Shown here piece by piece: positions 26,296 through 38,725 of a stretch of DNA of 64,000 nt. The position numbers and the translations under genes are program-made. The notes below the pieces were generated by a model. The model was not told where the DNA came from. It saw only the letters and a list, made by a program, of their open reading frames with translations, and did not search any database. The DNA lies in assembly GCA_964016885.1 (NCBI GenBank), contig OZ024753.1, forward strand, positions 2,914,001-2,978,000. Direction: 5' to 3'. The stretch is from Eledone cirrhosa. Its lineage: Eukaryota. Position 1 is the first letter of the stretch, and each line of letters starts with the position of its first letter.

Positions 26296-27325
26296 TATAA
26301 TACATATGGCAAGGTGCTAAAGCAATCAAAAATTTAAAATATTACTTCTTATACCTAAACTATACCAAACAGCTGTTTTAAATCTCAGAGAAAAAAAATC
26401 CACCAACTACCATGGTTAAAATAAACAAAACAGAATTAATGGATTTTAAGACCCAGATCCTCATCAGTAGGCAATGTCTTTTAATACCACAAAATATAAT
26501 TTGTCCATTAGGAGACCAGTTGAATAACTGACTCGTAATCATTGCAATATTAGCAAATGACAATACACTGGAATGAAAGCAAATCACATGTGCTTTTCAG
26601 GCATCATGTAGACAGTAAAGAGGTTAATGGGAGTGCTAGATATAGATCACCAACTCATTGTAATACAGCAGCTCAACCAAAATATGCAAGCTGTGTCTCT
26701 CTCTCCCTTTCTCTCTCTATATATATATATACACACACATACATACATATATCACATTCTTATACTTAATATACACACACAGATGTCCAAAATTTAAAAA
26801 TATTTTTCTACTATATCAAGCGTAAAACTAATAATATATTTCTTCATTGTACTGTGTCATTTGCTTTGTTATTTCTGTTTGCCTTTTGCATACAGAAAGA
26901 GAGAGAGGGGGGGGATAAAGAGACAGACATACATGCAGGAGGCGTTTTATCATGGAGCTAACACTACAGAGGTTGTCATGTTTTAAATACAGCAGAAGGG
27001 TCCTCTCAGCCTCTTATTTGGCCAGTTTTCTGTGGCTGGATGCCCTGCCTACCACCAACCACTTTACAAAGTATACTGGGTGTAATTTGTGTTAATAAAC
27101 ATTATTGAACATAAACATATTGGAAGCATGCATATTTATATATAGATGTCTGTAAATGAAGCCAAAAAGTTGATGAGTAAATGATGACAAGCATGATTAC
27201 AACTGCATGAGACTGCCATTATTGTCATGATGTAAACTATAATGATGATGATGATGGTAATAATGATGAGGTTGATTATGAATACAGTTAAGTAGTAGTA
27301 ATAGTATTATTATTATTATTATTCT

Positions 27326-27508
27326 TGGATTGGCAGTATCAGTAGAGGGTCGGACCCCATGCTTTCCAGCATAGTTACGTCCCTTTACGATCTGAGTTCA
27401 AATCCCGCCGAGGTTGACTTTGCCTTTCATCCTTACGGGGTCGATAAAATAAAGTACCAGTAATGCACTGGGTATTTGTTGGCCTTGTGCCTAAAGTAGA
27501 AACAATTA
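27326..27508 (+). mobile_element. Nin/Deu-domain SINE followed by (GTA/GTG)n to 27730
   Basis: Near-identical to the 15114 copy. Confidence 0.9.
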
Positions 27509-27652
27509 TTATTATTATTAGTAGTAGTGGTAGTAGTGGTAGTAGTGGTAGTAGTAGTAGTAGTGGTGGTAGTAGTGGTGGTGGTAGTAGTAGTGGTAGT
27601 AGTAGTGGTGGTAGTAGTGGTGGTAGTAGTAGTGGTAGTAGTAGTGGTGGTG

Positions 27653-27715
<63 letters not shown>

Positions 27716-27994
27716 ATAGTAGTAGTAGTATATATCGCACAGTCAAATAAGAATCACACACACACACATTCTCTCACTTTCTCTCTCTAATAACAAAGTA
27801 TATACAGCTTCTGAGAGAAAGATTATCTTAATTGATTTGACATACAAATTATTGAATACACTGAAAATCTCTACAGGAATAAATATGTCAGTATAATGTT
27901 TTTCTTTCTCATCTGTTGTTTTGTTTTTTAAACAGAATCATATTAAGAAATCTGTTTGTCTGGTGTGTAGATTTGCTATGTATATATATATATA

Positions 27995-28585
27995 TATTGG
28001 TATTAATATGGTGAGTATATATCTTGGTAAAAATTGGGTGTGTATACACACTACACTAGTATGATGACATTGTAGTTTGTATACTTGGTGTGTGTATATA
28101 TATCTTGGTTTTAATATGGTAAGTATATATCTTGGTATTAATTGGGTGTGTATATATACACACTACACTAGTATGATGACATTGTAGTCTGTATACTTGG
28201 TGTGTGTGTATATATCTTGGTATTAATTGGGTGTGTATATATACACACTACACTAGTATGATGACATTGTAGTCTGTATACTTGGTGTGTGTATATTTAT
28301 CTTGGTATTAATTCAGTGTCTATATACAATACATTAGTATGGTGACATTGATGTCTATATATTTGGTGTATATATATATATATATATATATATCTTGCTA
28401 GTAACAGGAAGTGTATATATCTTGGTGCGTATATATCTTGGTGTGCATATATCTTGCTATTAATTGGGTGTGTATATATACACACTACACTAGTATGATG
28501 ACATTGTGGTCTGTATACTAGATGTGTATATATATGTATATCTTCTGTATACTTAATGTGTATATATATCTTGGTATTAATTGGT
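27995..28585. repeat. Minisatellite of ~80-bp units (tatcttggtattaattgggtgtgtata..cactacactagtatgatgacattgtagtc)
   Basis: About five degenerate copies; further relics at about 28820-28885 and 29658-29700, interrupted by SINEs. Confidence 0.85.
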
Positions 28586-28899
28586 GTATGGCTGAGTGGT
28601 TAGAAAATTGGATTCACAATTGCAAGGTTGTGATTTTGATTCCTAGACTGGGCTTTTCATTATGCCCTTGAGCAAGACACTTTATTTCACATTACTCCTG
28701 CTTTGATTTGTGACTGCCAGATAGTATTAGCAATTGGAAAGACCAATGGAAACATTGTTTCCTCAGTCTGATTTGATGAGTTAAGCAAATGAGGTCTGGG
28801 ATCTTGTCGATCGACTGTCAATTAATTGGGTGGGTGTACACAATATACTAGTATGTTGACGTTGTGGTGTGTATACTTAGTGTATATATGGTATGGTAT

Positions 28900-29205
28900 A
28901 GTCCCGTGACTCCTGATAGAGTTGTAGGAACACCATATTGACATACAGCGTTTCTTGGGCATTTTAAGCCTGGTGGACAGCAGATTTCTTCCAGAGAAAG
29001 ATAGAAAGTGAAAGAGAGCAAATAAGAAAGATATATCGAGGAAGAATCGACCCCAGTACTAGACTGGTACTTTTTTATCGATCTTGAAAGGATGAAAGGC
29101 AAAGTTGACCTCGGTGGGATTTGAACTCAGCAAGTAGAGAGCTGGAACGAATGCCATGAAGTGTTTTCTATCTAACGTTCTAATGATTCTGCCTATTCAC
29201 TGCCT
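28900..29205 (-). mobile_element. Nin/Deu-domain SINE subfamily with long 3' tail
   Basis: Reverse complement of 54622-54960; relic at about 47090-47340. Confidence 0.75.
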
Positions 29206-29220
29206 GGCATATATATATAG

Positions 29221-29657
29221 CATCATCATCATCATCACCGTTTTACGTCCGTTCTTCCACGCTAGCATGAGTTAGACGGCTTGTCCTTTTGTGGGCAGTA
29301 TCCGGTCGGCTGACCTTGTCTTGCTCATACGGGAACTGATTCTGGCTTGATTTCTACAGCTGGATGCCCTTCCTAACACCAACCTCATTTACAGTGAATG
29401 CTGGGTGCTTTTTTTTCCGTGGCGCCTACACGTCCTCTTTACAGTGTGGGCTGGGTGCTTTTTTGCCATGACACCTCCACGACCACTTTGTAGTGGAATG
29501 ATAGGGACCCCAGTCCTATCATCTCATTTCTACAGCTGAGTAAACTGGAGCAATGTGAAATAAAGTGTCTTGCTCAAGGAAACAACACATCACCCAGTCC
29601 GAGAATTGAACTCACAACCTTTCAATTCCAAGCCCAATTCTCTAACCACTAAGCCAT
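29221..29657 (-). mobile_element. Full-length CORE-type SINE with RTE-like (GAT)n tail
   Basis: tRNA head, CORE-like motif and shared tail. Confidence 0.88.
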
Positions 29658-30044
29658 GGTATTAATTGTGTGAGTATACACAATCCACTTGTATGGTGAC
29701 GTTGTGCAATCTATTTTGGTTTCATATGACTTTTTCAAAAATATTATTTTTGTTTTTAATGAGAAAAATTCTTTATCTTGTAAAACAATTTCTGCCAAGA
29801 GTGAGGTTAGAAATATATAGAAACATTTCATTCATAGGTCATGTTGATAATGGTTCCCCACAAACACACTCATATAAATATACACACCAGCTCCACCTAT
29901 TACTAGATTGTTTATCATACTAATAATAATACAGAAAGATTCTACCAACCAACACAACACTTCCAGACAATATGAACATGAAATGTTTGTTGATTTATCT
30001 TCTCTCTTTTGTATTTTCAAATATATTACTTTTATTATTATTAG

Positions 30045-30255
30045 TAGATTGGCAGCATTGGTAGAGTGTCACATAACATGCTTTGTGGCATAGAGTTATG
30101 GCACATTACATTCTGAGTTTAAATCCTGCTGAGGTTAGCTTTGACTTTCATCTTTTTGGAGTCAATAAAATATAAGACCAGTCATGCACTGGGGTTGATT
30201 AAATCGACTTTCCCCTTCCTCCAAATTGCTGACCTTGTGCCTAAATCAGAAACCC
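30045..30255 (+). mobile_element. Nin/Deu-domain SINE, diverged
   Basis: Alignable by eye to the family consensus. Confidence 0.75.
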
Positions 30256-31227
30256 TTATCATCAGTCTTATCATCATCATCATTGCTGAAATGTTCACCT
30301 CACAAAGATCTTTATTTGAAGATATGTTCAACTAAAGCAACAAATATTCTCAATTTTGTTCTTTATATTTTACAATATAATGTTAACAAATGTCATTTGG
30401 TTGAGATCCAGTAGAACAAAATAGATAGAAACTTGAGAAATATAAATAGATTAGATAAATGCCAAATGAAAGTGGTTTATCAACTGATAAGATTTTAACC
30501 CTTTTGATACCAATCTGCCCTAAACTTCCCCAATTCTAAATTGACAAACCTCTTGTTTTAAACTATTCATCCTCATCATTTAATGTTCACTTTCCCAGCT
30601 AACTAGGGCTGGACAGGTTGTCAGTAGACTGGGTTGGCACTCAAAGCAGAGGTGTTGACCCCACAATGAGTAATAAGCTTGCATCTCTCTTATATATGTT
30701 TCTGCGCCCCAGATGGGCTGGTGGCCTCCAGCGTGCTTATATATAATATCATATATAATGGTAAAGAAGAATATTTTTGTTAAGCTATATACTAAATTTC
30801 AGCTTGATAATAAGGTTAGCTCATCATCACCATTTAATATCTTTCCATGCTTGCATGAGTTAGAAGGATTGTTATATTATGAGGCTAGTCAGGTGATCAT
30901 GTTTTGCTCAACAGATATATTTTGTCTATTTTACTAAATTCCTTCAAGCTGTTCATCATCATCACCATTTAGTATCAATTTTTTCCATGGTTGCATGGGT
31001 TAGACTTGTTGTCCACATCAGGAGACAAGTCTGGCCAGAATTGGCCATGCTGTATCTTGTCCTAATGGGACTGTAAATTTGGCCGGGGATTTTACAGCTG
31101 GATGCCAACCACATTTACTCTGTGGAACTGGATGGCACTGTTATGAGGAGGGACAGGCCAGTTGGTTTATTGAAAAACATAGGTGGTGTATTTCACTAGA
31201 AATATAGTGTCTAAATAAAGCTTCTCT

Positions 31228-31262
<35 letters not shown>

Positions 31263-31439
31263 GCACACATACCAATGTACACTGTATTCACTTAATTCTT
31301 CAACCTAAACACTTTATTTAAAACTATACTTGCAATTTGGATGTGATGATGGGTTTCTGTTGGATTTTGATGGTGTCTGTTCCAGCTGTCCAACAAACAG
31401 GAACTGCCAACTCATAAACTTAGTATTTGGCATTTGTTT

Positions 31440-31880
31440 GGCTTGGATTCAACAGCTGAGTGTCCTCCTGAACACTCACCACTTTAAAGAGTACACAGGG
31501 TGTATTTTATCATAGCATCAGCACTACCACTTTATAGAGTGCACTAGTTGCATTTTATCATAACACCAGAACTAAGGTAGTTATCATGTCCTTGATTTAA
31601 CTGAAGAGTCCTCTCAACCCATTGTATATCATGGTCCCTACAGCTTGATGTCCTTCCTAATGCAAACCCCTTTACAGAGTGTACTGAGTGCATTTTATCA
31701 TGGAACTAGCACTAGAGGGGTTGTCATGTCTCTGACTCTAGATTCCTCACAACCCTTTGTTTAGCATGGGGTCCACAACTTCCTAACACCAACCACTCTA
31801 CTGTGGATACTGGGTACATTCTATCATAGCACCCACCCTACCACTTTACAGAGTTGACTGGGTGCATTTTATCATGGCAT
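31440..31880 (-). repeat. Degenerate tandem copies of a SINE internal module (accactttacagagtgtactgggtgcattttatcat)
   Basis: About five copies visible. Confidence 0.65.
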
Positions 31881-32529
31881 CCGCACAATTAAAGATAAAA
31901 TCAAACTCAGCAACTCTTTTGCACTGGTTCAAGTTATGCAACTAAGACTTTGAACTTTTATAAAAATGTAGTATTTGGGAAATATTTACACTCTTTAGTT
32001 CACTTGTACAAGAATTCATGAGGTATATATGTCCCCAACATATACTCACCACCATAAGACTCATAGTTCTAAAGAATTACACTAAAAAAACTTCTCAAAT
32101 TCAACAAAGAAAATATAAAATATTTTTTTCTCAAATCCAACAAAAAAGAAAGAAAATAGAAATGAATTGGTTTTCTACATAAATACTGAAATATTATCAT
32201 AGAAGCCATTCTGAGAAATAACCAAAACAATTTGCAATTCTGATTACGTTTTCCAGCAATGGATATTTTTCAAAATATTTTATCAACAGACCCATCAAAA
32301 TCTTTGTATCAATACCAAGAAATGATCACTTTTATTTATTTTTTATTTATTTATTTATTTTTTATTTTTTTTTATTTTTTATTTTTTTTTTTTTGCTTTT
32401 ATGATTTTTCTTCATGATTTTATATATTGTTTTCTTTTCTTTCCCTTTCTTTTCACTTAATCTTCTTAATTCATTGTGGATGTAAACAAATGTTGGCACC
32501 ACTTCGCTATTCATGATATGCAGAATATG

Positions 32530-32990
32530 AGAGAAAGAAGAAGAGGGAGAGAGAGAGAGCGAAGGAGAGAGAGAGAGACGGAGGGAGTGGCAAAGAGACA
32601 GTGAGAAATGAAATAGATGAACTGATTAGAATGTTATTATGAGGTGGAGTAGGAGGGAGAGAGAGAGAGTGTGTATGTGTGTGATAGAGAGATAGAGAGT
32701 ATGTGTGACAGAGAGAGAGGGTGAGTGAGTGAGAGAGAGATAGAAAGAGTGTGAAAGAAAAGATAGAGATTGAGAGAGAAAGACATAGAATAAGAGAAGG
32801 GGATATAGAGAGTGAGAACGGTGATATTAAGTAAGAGAGTGACAAGTAAGAATAGCAGGGAAGAGAGAAATAGAAAAATAGAGATAGAGGAGGAAAGATA
32901 TGAATGAAAAAGAGATGAGATAAGGTGGTGGTAGTGGGGGAAGCAGAGAGAAAGAGGAAAATAGAGATAAAGGTTGTGAATGAGAAGGCA
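32530..32990. repeat. Degenerate GA-rich tract
   Basis: Directly visible. Confidence 0.85.
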
Positions 32991-33734
32991 TGAAGTTCAC
33001 ATTTATTTGCCACCATCCCTGGCAGTTAAAAGGGTGGATTACCAATTTATGGATAAATTTGATTACAAAATATAAATCAATTAACTATGAATAAGTGGTC
33101 TCTTGGCAAGAAACAAAATGCAAGAGTTGAGACTATTTAACCCTTTTGAAATCAAACCACCCAAAACTGGCCTCGGTTCTATGATTCAAAATTGCTTGTT
33201 TTGCTGAAGCTGAAGCATAGAGACAGTATGTCACCCCCTCCCACTGTAAAGGGGTCATGTAGGTGTCACAACAAAACAGCCCCCAGTCCACACTGTAAAG
33301 TGGTCATGTAGGCACCACAGTAAAAAGCACCCAGTCCACACTGTAAAGTGATCATGTAGGCACCACAGTAAAAAGCACCCAGTCCACACTGTAAATGAGG
33401 TTGGTGTTAGGAAGGGCATCCAGCTGTAGAAATCAAGCCAAAATCAGTTCTGTATGAGCAAGACATAGTTGCCTGACCTGGCATTGCCCACAACAGGACA
33501 ACCTGCCTAACCCATGCTAGCGTGGAAGAATGGATGTAAAACAGTGATGCTGATGATGATGGAAGTGTTTATATTTATCTGATAAACATTTCATCATAAC
33601 TTTATGTAAAGACCTTTGCTAAATTCTGTTTCTAAATAACTAAAATGTTAGTTATATTATTAAATCTTTCCAAATTCTTGATTATTTTGAAAATTATTTG
33701 AAAAATATAGGCAGTGTATTTCATTACAAATGGG

Positions 33735-33935
33735 ATAAAGACCCTCTTCGGTCATGAATGACTATGGGAGTTACACCTAGAAAGTTCCCCTCCAAGGCAC
33801 AAGTCCAGTCAAGGTTGTTTGTGGAAGCCCATGTATACCAGTCTCCCTTTGAAAGGCAAAGGCCAATACAGTTTGGCACTAGTGAGTTCGCAACTAATTT
33901 CTGCAGCTGAGTGAACTGGAGCAATGTGAGATAGG
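33735..33935 (-). mobile_element. CORE-type SINE 3' part (different subfamily)
   Basis: Shares cagctgagtgaactggagcaatgtga with the CORE SINEs but has a distinct tail. Confidence 0.6.
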
Positions 33936-34864
33936 GTATCGAAAAGGTGAACTCTTAATATCCTGTAATGATGTAGTAGAAAATATCTAAAATCTGCTTT
34001 TACAAAGCAGTTTATTAGACATTTGAAAATGTTTATCATATCTTTACTATTGAACAGATTGTTGTAAATAATTGCAGTATAGAACTTACTGTATAAAGTA
34101 ATGCAGTCATTGTGTTGTTTTACACATGCATTTTTATGTAGTGCATGATATTAGAATTTAAAGGTCTTCAAGATTTTCTATACTATCATAGATGGTTTTT
34201 GTTGAAGTAACAACAATGCCATCTGCAATGCAAAGGAGCAGAAATTGACCAAATACCAGACATTGACTGACTGCTTTTTTTGTGGCAGTGTTTGTTATTG
34301 AGACCTTGTATGTCCTCAGTCCCCTGAAAGCTGTTCTTCCTCTGCCAAATCAGGATGATACCATCGTGCCAAAGGAAGGATACCGCTGAGATGGAATGGC
34401 TGATGTAGCAGGTATCTCTAGCTGTAATCTATAGCAATACTTTTGCCTTCCATAGATGAGATGTGTCAGCCTACCAAACATGTAGAGTTTCCCCCATCCT
34501 TATTTTTCTCTCTTTTTCTCTTTCAAGATGATCTTGTTTTTTTCATGTTTTTATACAATTTTTAAAACTGATAATTACTGGAATATTCTAAAGATATTTA
34601 CAATGAAAATAACTAGATACTATTTTAGATAAACGGTTCATGTGCTAAGGGTGTTAACTATATAACAGATATTCTACTGAGGTTTTTATTTGAGGGTGGT
34701 GTGGAGTTCTTTTAATTCATGGATAGGAAGCAACACAGATTTTAAATTACATTCTGCAAATGCAGAATTAAATTACATTACTGTCGCAGATTAACATCTA
34801 CTTAGAACTAAAAAAGGCCTACAAACCTTCTGTTGTATATATGTTAATGAGAGAGCCTCTAAAT

Positions 34865-35606
34865 CAGACATGCCAAACATGTGGCCCTTTACAAGCACAC
34901 CTGTGGCCTGCACAATGGCTTTTACAGTGCAAGCATGTTTTAACTTCGTAAAATTAGTTGTAATGTGCACAAATAGTTGTCGTTTGTGGCCCTCAGACAA
35001 CACATATGTGACCCATGTGGCTCTCAGACAACGCATATGTGACCCATGTGGCCCTCAGACAACACCCATGTGACACATGTGGCCCTCATACAACACATAT
35101 GTGACCCATGTGGCCCTCAGACAACACACATGTGACCCATGTGGCCCTCAGACAACACCCATGTGACTCATGTGGCCCTCAGACAACACATATGACCCAT
35201 GTGGCCCTCATACAACACATATGTGACCCATGTGGCCCTCAGACAACACATATGTGACCCATGTGGCCCTCAGACAACACATATGTGACCCATGTGGCCC
35301 TCATACAACACATATGTGACCCATGTGGCCCTCAGACAACACATGTGTGACCCATGTGGCCCTCAGACAACACATATGCGACCCATGTGGCCCTCATACA
35401 ACACATATGTGACCCATGTGGCCCTCAGACAACACATATGTGACCCATGTGGCCCTCAGACAACACATATGTGACCCATGTGGCCCTCAGACAACACCAA
35501 TGTGACCCATGTGGCCCTCAGACAACACATGTGACCCATGTGGCCCTCAGACAGCACACATGTTAACCAATGTAGCCCCCAGGGGACTCTCAGTTTGACA
35601 TGCCTG
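34865..35606. mobile_element. hAT (Charlie/Buster-type) MITE with 8-bp TSD and internal minisatellite
   Basis: TSD CTCTAAAT at 34857-34864 and 35607-35614; TIRs cagacatgccaaac / gtttgacatgcctg match at 12 of 14 positions. Confidence 0.9.
34985..35580. repeat. 31-bp tandem repeat, about 19 copies (gtgacccatgtggccctcagacaacacatat)
   Basis: Head-to-tail units without spacers. Confidence 0.95.
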
Positions 35607-36242
35607 CTCTAAATAACTACACAACATTCTAGAAAGAGCAGCCAAATCGCCTTTCAAATTAAACTATCATGTGAAGAAAAAGGAATGACACATCGTTCGG
35701 TGGAGAGTCGGACGCCATGCTTTGACGCATAGAGTTACGGCCCTGAGATGCTCATGACCAGGAGGCCTTTCATCATAGTTATTCTAGGTTAGGGGTGATC
35801 TGGGTCCCAACAACCACAGCCTACATTTGTTTCAGATTTGATTTGATTTCTATCAGATAAATATTAAATGTTTTATTGTAAAAAGACACCAAGTGTCTTT
35901 TGTGGCTATGGAAACAGAAAAGGAAGGAAAAGGCAAGGGCTCTAGGGTCACAGAAGAATGGGAGGGGGAAGGGGGAGGGTGATGGGCTCTAGGCCTAAAG
36001 TATTCCTGTAGACAATGGCCAGTGACACCCACTGCAACAGCTACCCCACCTCACAGGACTCCTTCCTCAGATAGGCTGCTGACATTCCAATCTTGCAGAG
36101 GGGCTCATCACTATAGGGTCCAAGTACACCTGAGGTCTAGACGGTGACCAGTGCAAAGAGGAAGCATGTACAAAAATTAAAATTTTTCGTTTTGTCTTGA
36201 TTATCATAATTCATAGCTAATGAGTGAAAAATAAATAACTCT

Positions 36243-36321
36243 TTTCTACTTTAGGCACAAGGCCAGCAAATTACCCAGTGCATTACTGGTACTTTATTTT
36301 ATCGACCCCGTAAGGATGAAA
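36243..36321 (-). mobile_element. 5'-truncated Nin/Deu SINE
   Basis: Reverse complement of the 3' half of the family consensus. Confidence 0.85.
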
Positions 36322-36379
36322 AATAAATAACAAACAGAAAACACAAACACAATATATATGAAGCTAGTTTGTGACTTAC

Positions 36380-36504
36380 TGTTTTGGTTCCTAGATTTGA
36401 AATAGCACACTGTAAAACTGCTTGCTCCCCAGTATTCACCGTAACATTTTGAGGTCTTGGAAGAAATAGTGGTGGTCCAAGCTTGTTATTTTTGGGGTCA
36501 AAAG
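36380..36504 (-). CDS. Internal coding exon: N-terminal part of an Ig domain, Dpr/ZIG-8-like immunoglobulin-superfamily protein
   Basis: Acceptor ttttgtttttcttttag| and donor |gtaagt. 125 nt, phase 1 to phase 0, encoding xFDPKNNKLGPPLFLPRPQNVTVNTGEQAVLQCAISNLGTKT. The P.F....NVT...G..A.L.C.I.NLG.KT pattern, with an intron just before the expected V.W strand, is characteristic of Dpr-family genes. Confidence 0.88.
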
Positions 36505-36660
36505 CTAAAAGAAAAACAAAATATGAAAAGATTAGTACATGAAAAAAAAAATTAATAAAACTTTTACAAATCAATGTTATATTCCATTTCAAAATCAAAT
36601 GCAATTTAAAGGAAATCTAAACCAAATAAAAAATTGCAGACTCAAGGGAAGTAGTTTGAA

Positions 36661-36718
<58 letters not shown>

Positions 36719-36861
36719 CCAAAGATTAATAGGATTCATTGATTACTCAATGAATATAGTTTTACAATAGATTAAAAGCACTCTACAATGAAGTTTTCTG
36801 GAGTTATTAATATTATTCAAAATATTAATAAATGAAGACATTCACATAATCAAAATATATG

Positions 36862-36923
36862 TTTTATTATATATATTTCGAAGGTACTGTGCTGTTTTTT
36901 CAGTACGTTCTCATCAGATAAAA
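36862..36923 (-). ncRNA. Type-I hammerhead ribozyme motif (intronic, sense to host gene)
   Basis: Minus strand: TTTTAT-CTGATGA-GAA C GTACTG..CAGTAC C TTC-GAAA TATATA TA-ATAAAA. Stem I 6 bp; stem II 9 bp plus a C.C mismatch; palindromic stem III; AUA site. Confidence 0.7.
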
Positions 36924-37246
36924 TACATGAATTGATGTATGACATACCTCATAAATTTTATGTTAGAACTTTACATTAAGTTACTATCTTAGATTATTTA
37001 CTAAAATTATTAACTACTCTTGGTCAAATAATCAAAATAGAGAGTATTTCATTAGAAATGCAGTCACGAAAGGGTTATACATCTTTTACATTTTTCCTGC
37101 TATACATCCAAGGACTTTTTACACTTACCTCAACTAATGTATTTATTTTATCAACCTCTATTTACTGAGCAGTTCAGTAACAATTTAATATAAAAGGATG
37201 CAAACCAAAGCATCAGTTTTACATTGGTTTTAATTATATTATTATC

Positions 37247-37418
37247 AGTGAATGGGCAGTATGGACGCAATGCTCTCTAGTATAGTTACGTCCCTTTACA
37301 GTCTGAGTTCAAATCCCGCCAAGGTTAACTTTGCCTTTCATCCTTACGGGGTTGATAAAATAAAGTACCAGTAATGTACTGGGTAATTGCTGGCCTTGTG
37401 CCTAAAGTAGAAACAATT
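37247..37418 (+). mobile_element. Nin/Deu-domain SINE
   Basis: B box and central domain intact. Confidence 0.88.
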
Positions 37419-37603
37419 ATTATATCTATAGCAAAGATACAGAAATGTTTCTCTAATATTTCTCTCATCTACATCATAATAGACTTTAGTTGTTCTTCAA
37501 TTGCCTCTTAAAACAATAAAGAAATATTGAAGAAAATAAAGGTGATACAATATATGATTTATGAGTAGAAATTATTCAAAATATAGGTTACTGGTATCAA
37601 GCT

Positions 37604-37861
37604 TGGTTCTTTATTGATGTTTTCCTATATAGTAATTTATAAATAGTCATATTAGTAGTATATTAAACATTGATAATGATGTGTATATATATATATATAT
37701 ACATGCGTATATATACATGGATACATACAGATGCACACACATATATGTATGAGTGTAATATATAATTATATGAGTGTATATGTATATGGTTCTTTATTGA
37801 TGTTTTCCTATATAGTAATTTATAAATAGTCATATTAGTAGTATATTAAACATTGATAATG

Positions 37862-37907
<46 letters not shown>

Positions 37908-37990
37908 GCGTATATATACATGGACACATACAGATGCACACACATATATGTATGAGTGTAATATATAATTATATGAGTGTATATGTATAC
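37604..37990. repeat. Recent tandem duplication, 183-bp period
   Basis: tggttctttattgatgttttcc... starts at 37604 and 37787; the copies differ mainly in (TA)n length. Confidence 0.92.
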
Positions 37991-38686
37991 ATACACACAC
38001 AAGCATATATACATATTTATATACACACAGAGAAACACATATACATATATATATACCTATCGGTGTGTTCAGCAGTACTTATAAATAAATATGTGAATGT
38101 AACTACTCAGTGTCTTAAATATTCTGACCTGGTGATATCTAGAGAGATATAAGACATGTAGATATTTCAGAAATACTTTGATACATTTAAAAATCGTGTT
38201 AAATAGGAATAAATGACTGCTAATTAATTTCTAAATTATTCAACTTATATTCTGTAGAGATGAATAAAAACATTACCAATAAGAACATGACTAGAATTAT
38301 GTAAATAAATAAGACAGAAATAGTAAAATTTGCTAAGATCAATCAATATTCACTGTAGAGAATCAATGAAGGTCATCTTCATGAGAAAAGTCTCCAGGTT
38401 AATGTCTTCCATCTTTATGATAATTCCCTCATGATTTCCCTATATATATATATAGGCACCTATCTGATATGACAGTTTCATTATTGTCTGGATTTCTATG
38501 TCTAACTGGCTTTAAGCCGAAATTGTTAGATTAACACAAATGTTATACACTCTATATTCAATGTATGTTATATTATTGACTATTAAAAGAAGCAATAACA
38601 GTAATAGTGAAAACTTTGGCATTTCTTTTCAATTCTCTTCATTTCAGCTGTTTACTGAAATGAAGTTGTACATACACACTCACACG

Positions 38687-38725
<39 letters not shown>

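Noticed and set aside
26440-26470. Minus-strand CTGATGA motif
   Set aside because: No downstream GAAA with a pairing stem III.
27375-27790. Poly-Ser/Gly, poly-Val and poly-Leu/Pro ORFs
   Set aside because: (GTA/GTG)n tract attached to a SINE tail.
34985-35580. 31-bp repeats resembling a CRISPR array
   Set aside because: Units are head-to-tail with no unique spacers, there are no cas genes, and the array lies inside a hAT MITE in eukaryotic DNA.
36299-36604. 101-aa ORF as a complete membrane protein
   Set aside because: The hydrophobic ends are intronic polypyrimidine/T-rich sequence; only 36380-36504 is bounded by splice sites.
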